Shown here one piece after another: positions 33,595-36,081 of a stretch of DNA of 36,081 nucleotides. The notes under the pieces were generated by a model. The model saw only the letters and a program-made list of their open reading frames with translations. It made no database searches and was not told the origin of the DNA. The stretch is from Octopus bimaculoides. Lineage: Eukaryota. Where the stretch lies: positions 47,254,414 through 47,290,494 of the forward strand of contig NC_068996.1 of assembly GCF_001194135.2 (NCBI RefSeq), written 5' to 3'. Within the stretch, counting starts at the first letter, position 1. Each line of letters opens with the position of its first letter. The position numbers and the translations under genes are program-made.

Positions 33595-33607
33595 GTTATT
33601 ATTATTA

Positions 33608-33656
<49 letters not shown>

Positions 33657-33670
33657 CATTACTATTATTA
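33394..33670. repeat. (ATC)n/(GTC) then (ATT)n compound microsatellite
   Basis: Direct reading; source of poly-I/M/D/S ORFs. Confidence 0.97.
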
Positions 33671-33784
33671 ATTTTTACCGAATGAACATTTGCAAACATA
33701 ACGGTAACTTATAGTTGTGGTAAAAGTAGGAAACTCGTTCGTATAATGATAACAACCTTTCTGTCAATGAGAGTGAAAGAAATG

Positions 33785-33818
<34 letters not shown>

Positions 33819-34694
33819 ATGAATTTGAAATTCTGAAAAGAACACTATATAATGTATGTAATGTAGAGTTTAGATATACTTTCCTATTCATGCTTCTGAA
33901 TACAGACAATAACAGAGAGAAAGGAAAGAGAACTACGCAAACAATAAACAATGCCGCTAGCAGTGCCGATATTGGCAACAGTGGCAGCGAAATTACTGTA
34001 AACAGCAACAACACAGTTAGTATGGGATATGAAAATTCATGAAAATTTATGAAGATTGAAACGGTTAGGCAATTAGAACAATTATATTCAGATATTGACG
34101 TAGGCAATAAAGAGTGGAGTGTGTTGCTTAATCGATGTTGCATGACCTTTTAATACAAGAGTAGAATAAGAAAAAGGTCAACGGGAAAATACCAGGATCT
34201 AAAATACGAACGTTAAGGAATTTGGAATTGCCGTAAAGTTTTCTTTTTCCCAAATGTAACAGAATCCTTAGGAATAGTTGCAAGATGTTTGAATGGGTGA
34301 TGGTTGAAGATATTTGATATCGAAATGAATTTCTGAGTTCTATAAAAACAAAAACCGCGTTTACTTTGTTCAACAAAGAAAATAAGGAAGGTGCTGGGTA
34401 TCTAAGTTTGTAGGATACAACGTGATGCTTTGGGAATATAGTGATTGTTTTTAACATAATCACTGGCCCAGAAATTTAGGGAAAAGTTCAGTCAATGATA
34501 TGGATCCCAGTTGATGGATGGAACTTATATTATGGACTTGGAAAGAATGAAAGATGAAGTCAGAATACAGAGGGTCGGAGCAAATACCACAAGACATTTT
34601 GCCTGACTAACGTAGTAATAATAATTATTGTCTTTCATTTAATCACAAAGCAAAAGTTGTTTCATATTATTTAATCACAAGGCAAATGTAGTGA

Positions 34695-34900
34695 TTGGCA
34701 GAATCGTTAGCATGCCGGACGAAATGCTTAGTGGTATTTCGTCCGTCTATTCTTCTGAGTTCAAATGTTGCCAGGGTCGACTTTGCCTTTCATTCTTTCA
34801 GGGTCGATTAAAACAAGTACCAATTGAACACCGGAGTCGATGTATTCGACTTATCTCTACTCTTTCCGAAATCGCCGGACCTGTGTCAAAATTAGCAACC
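34695..34900 (+). mobile_element. tRNA-derived SINE, family A
   Basis: TTGGCAGAATCGTTAGCATGCCGGACGAAATGCTTAG...GAGTTCAAATGTTGCCAGGGTCGACTTTGCC. Confidence 0.85.
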
Positions 34901-34904
34901 AGTT

Positions 34905-35012
34905 TGATCACAAGGCGAGCAATTTTGAAGGAAAGGGGTTTAACCACTACGGTGACCCGCAGTACATGGCTGGTATTTTATTTTATCGACGAAAGGATGA
35001 AAGCCCTCGGAA
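34905..35012 (-). mobile_element. 3' fragment of a family A SINE, tail-to-tail with the previous copy
   Basis: CTGGTATTTTATTTTATCGAC.AAAGGATGAAAG matches the plus-strand reading of the minus copies at 7770-7810 and 32715-32752. Confidence 0.7.
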
Positions 35013-35039
35013 GGGTTTGAAGGTGGTGCCTTTAGACTA

Positions 35040-35710
35040 GCAGTCATTTATGCCTTATTATTGCTATTTGTCACTTCCTTCATCAAATGTAGCAATTTCT
35101 TTTTGTGTGCTTTGCCGTTGCTGCTGTTGATCTGATTGATTTTGGTTTTACGTTTTCTTTCTTCTATGACTGTGACTGAGGTTGTGTTCGTTCTTACTAC
35201 TGTTCAGATTCTGGTGAAGCTGTGGCTTTATTGTAATCCTGGAGAGCATCTATCTCCCTTTTAAATAGCTCTACCTTCATTTTGGATTGACTGACTGGTT
35301 TCTTCCGGTTTTCTCATCCACCTGTCATAGCGCGGTTCAGTTTAGTTTCTCGTCTCAATTTCGTTGCTTGACAAGGTTCCAGCTCCAGGAAGATCTTTAG
35401 TAATCGAGAGAGGAATTTTGTCTGTGTCTACGAGTGCATTTGTGTTTGTGGTTTTTGTGATAATTGGCGAAGATATTGCAAAGAAGTTCTATTTTAGATC
35501 GTATTTAGATTCTATTCAGTATCGTATTCTGGTTGTTTTGGGAATTAGTGTTTCTACTATTGCCGTTGTTATTCGATTTGTTGTTGATGAAGATTTTGTT
35601 GCAGCAATCACTGCTTTAGTAGTTGTTAATTCAATTTTTAATTCGGGTTTTGTTTCTGCTGCTGCTGTTATTGTAACAATGATTATTTTTGAATTCACTT
35701 GCTTTATTGT
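35040..35710 (-). pseudogene. Possible decayed Thr/Lys-rich ORF1-like segment of a non-LTR element
   Basis: KIIIVTITAAAETK...TTTKAVIAATKSSSTT resembles in composition the ORF1 linker at 4642-4869; no catalytic motif. Confidence 0.3.
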
Positions 35711-35712
35711 TG

Positions 35713-35745
35713 ACTAGCAGAAATACCCGGCTTTGCCCGGGTTAA
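35713..35745 (+). mobile_element. Helitron/Helentron-like terminus
   Basis: ACTAGCAGAAATACCCGGCTTTGCCCGGGTT: ACTAG start plus a 6-bp hairpin (35725-35742), like termini of animal non-autonomous rolling-circle elements (from memory). Confidence 0.4.
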
Positions 35746-36081
35746 AGAGAATAATGAAATCTAAAAACGCCGTCTAGACTACGCAACCCTCAACTGTTAG
35801 TAGCTACGATACCATATTTCTACCTTAATAACTCTCCAATCCATGCCAGCATGGAACATAGACATTAAGTGGAATGCTAGAAGAAAGTTTTCAACTCATA
35901 TCTATATAAAGTAAATACACGTAATTCAGAAACACGTTTTGTGTGTTTTATTTCGTAACCAAACAAACAGGTACAGATTATAAATAATGAAAGGCCAATT
36001 TTGGTGATTCATTTGACAGAGGTAGTAGAGAGACAATGCGATGATAAATCTGAGGTTGGATCTTGAAAGTTTGGATGAATG

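Noticed and set aside
65-33699. Low-complexity ORFs (poly-L, S, T, E, K, I, M, D, and YI/CV/HT repeats) and ORFs spanning N runs
   Set aside because: They are translations of microsatellites or assembly gaps, not genes.
33850-34480. Stop-riddled, coding-looking segment
   Set aside because: May be an old transposon ORF, but no motif could be identified by eye; needs tBLASTx or an HMM search.
1-36081. CRISPR array, operon or prokaryotic features
   Set aside because: No regularly spaced direct repeats with unique spacers; the sequence is eukaryotic repeat DNA.

Overview
Repeat-dense eukaryotic non-coding DNA (intergenic or intronic) from a gapped assembly. The SINE families and the (AT)n/(CA)n/trinucleotide microsatellite load resemble an Octopus (coleoid cephalopod) genome; this is recognition from memory, not a database hit. 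No intact host protein-coding gene, rRNA or tRNA gene is supportable, and nearly all ORFs in the track are microsatellite or gap artefacts. Contents: (i) a decayed 4.3-kb L1/Tx1-type non-LTR retrotransposon (minus, 1141-5455) plus two 3' fragments of related elements; (ii) four pieces of R4/Dong-like (restriction-like endonuclease) non-LTR elements, each next to (TAA)n tracts in the same relative orientation; (iii) a head-to-tail stack of Penelope-like element (PLE) ends (10727-13050) with a GIY-YIG endonuclease C-terminal remnant; (iv) at least five type I hammerhead ribozyme motifs not explained by the ORF track: three apparently intact (10841-10921 minus, 12539-12620 minus, 29518-29587 plus) and two degenerate, the intact ones with the short palindromic stem III typical of dimer-activated minimal hammerheads; (v) about a dozen tRNA-derived SINE copies of four families; (vi) five unrelated long fold-back/palindromic elements. 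The hammerhead set is the most notable signal.
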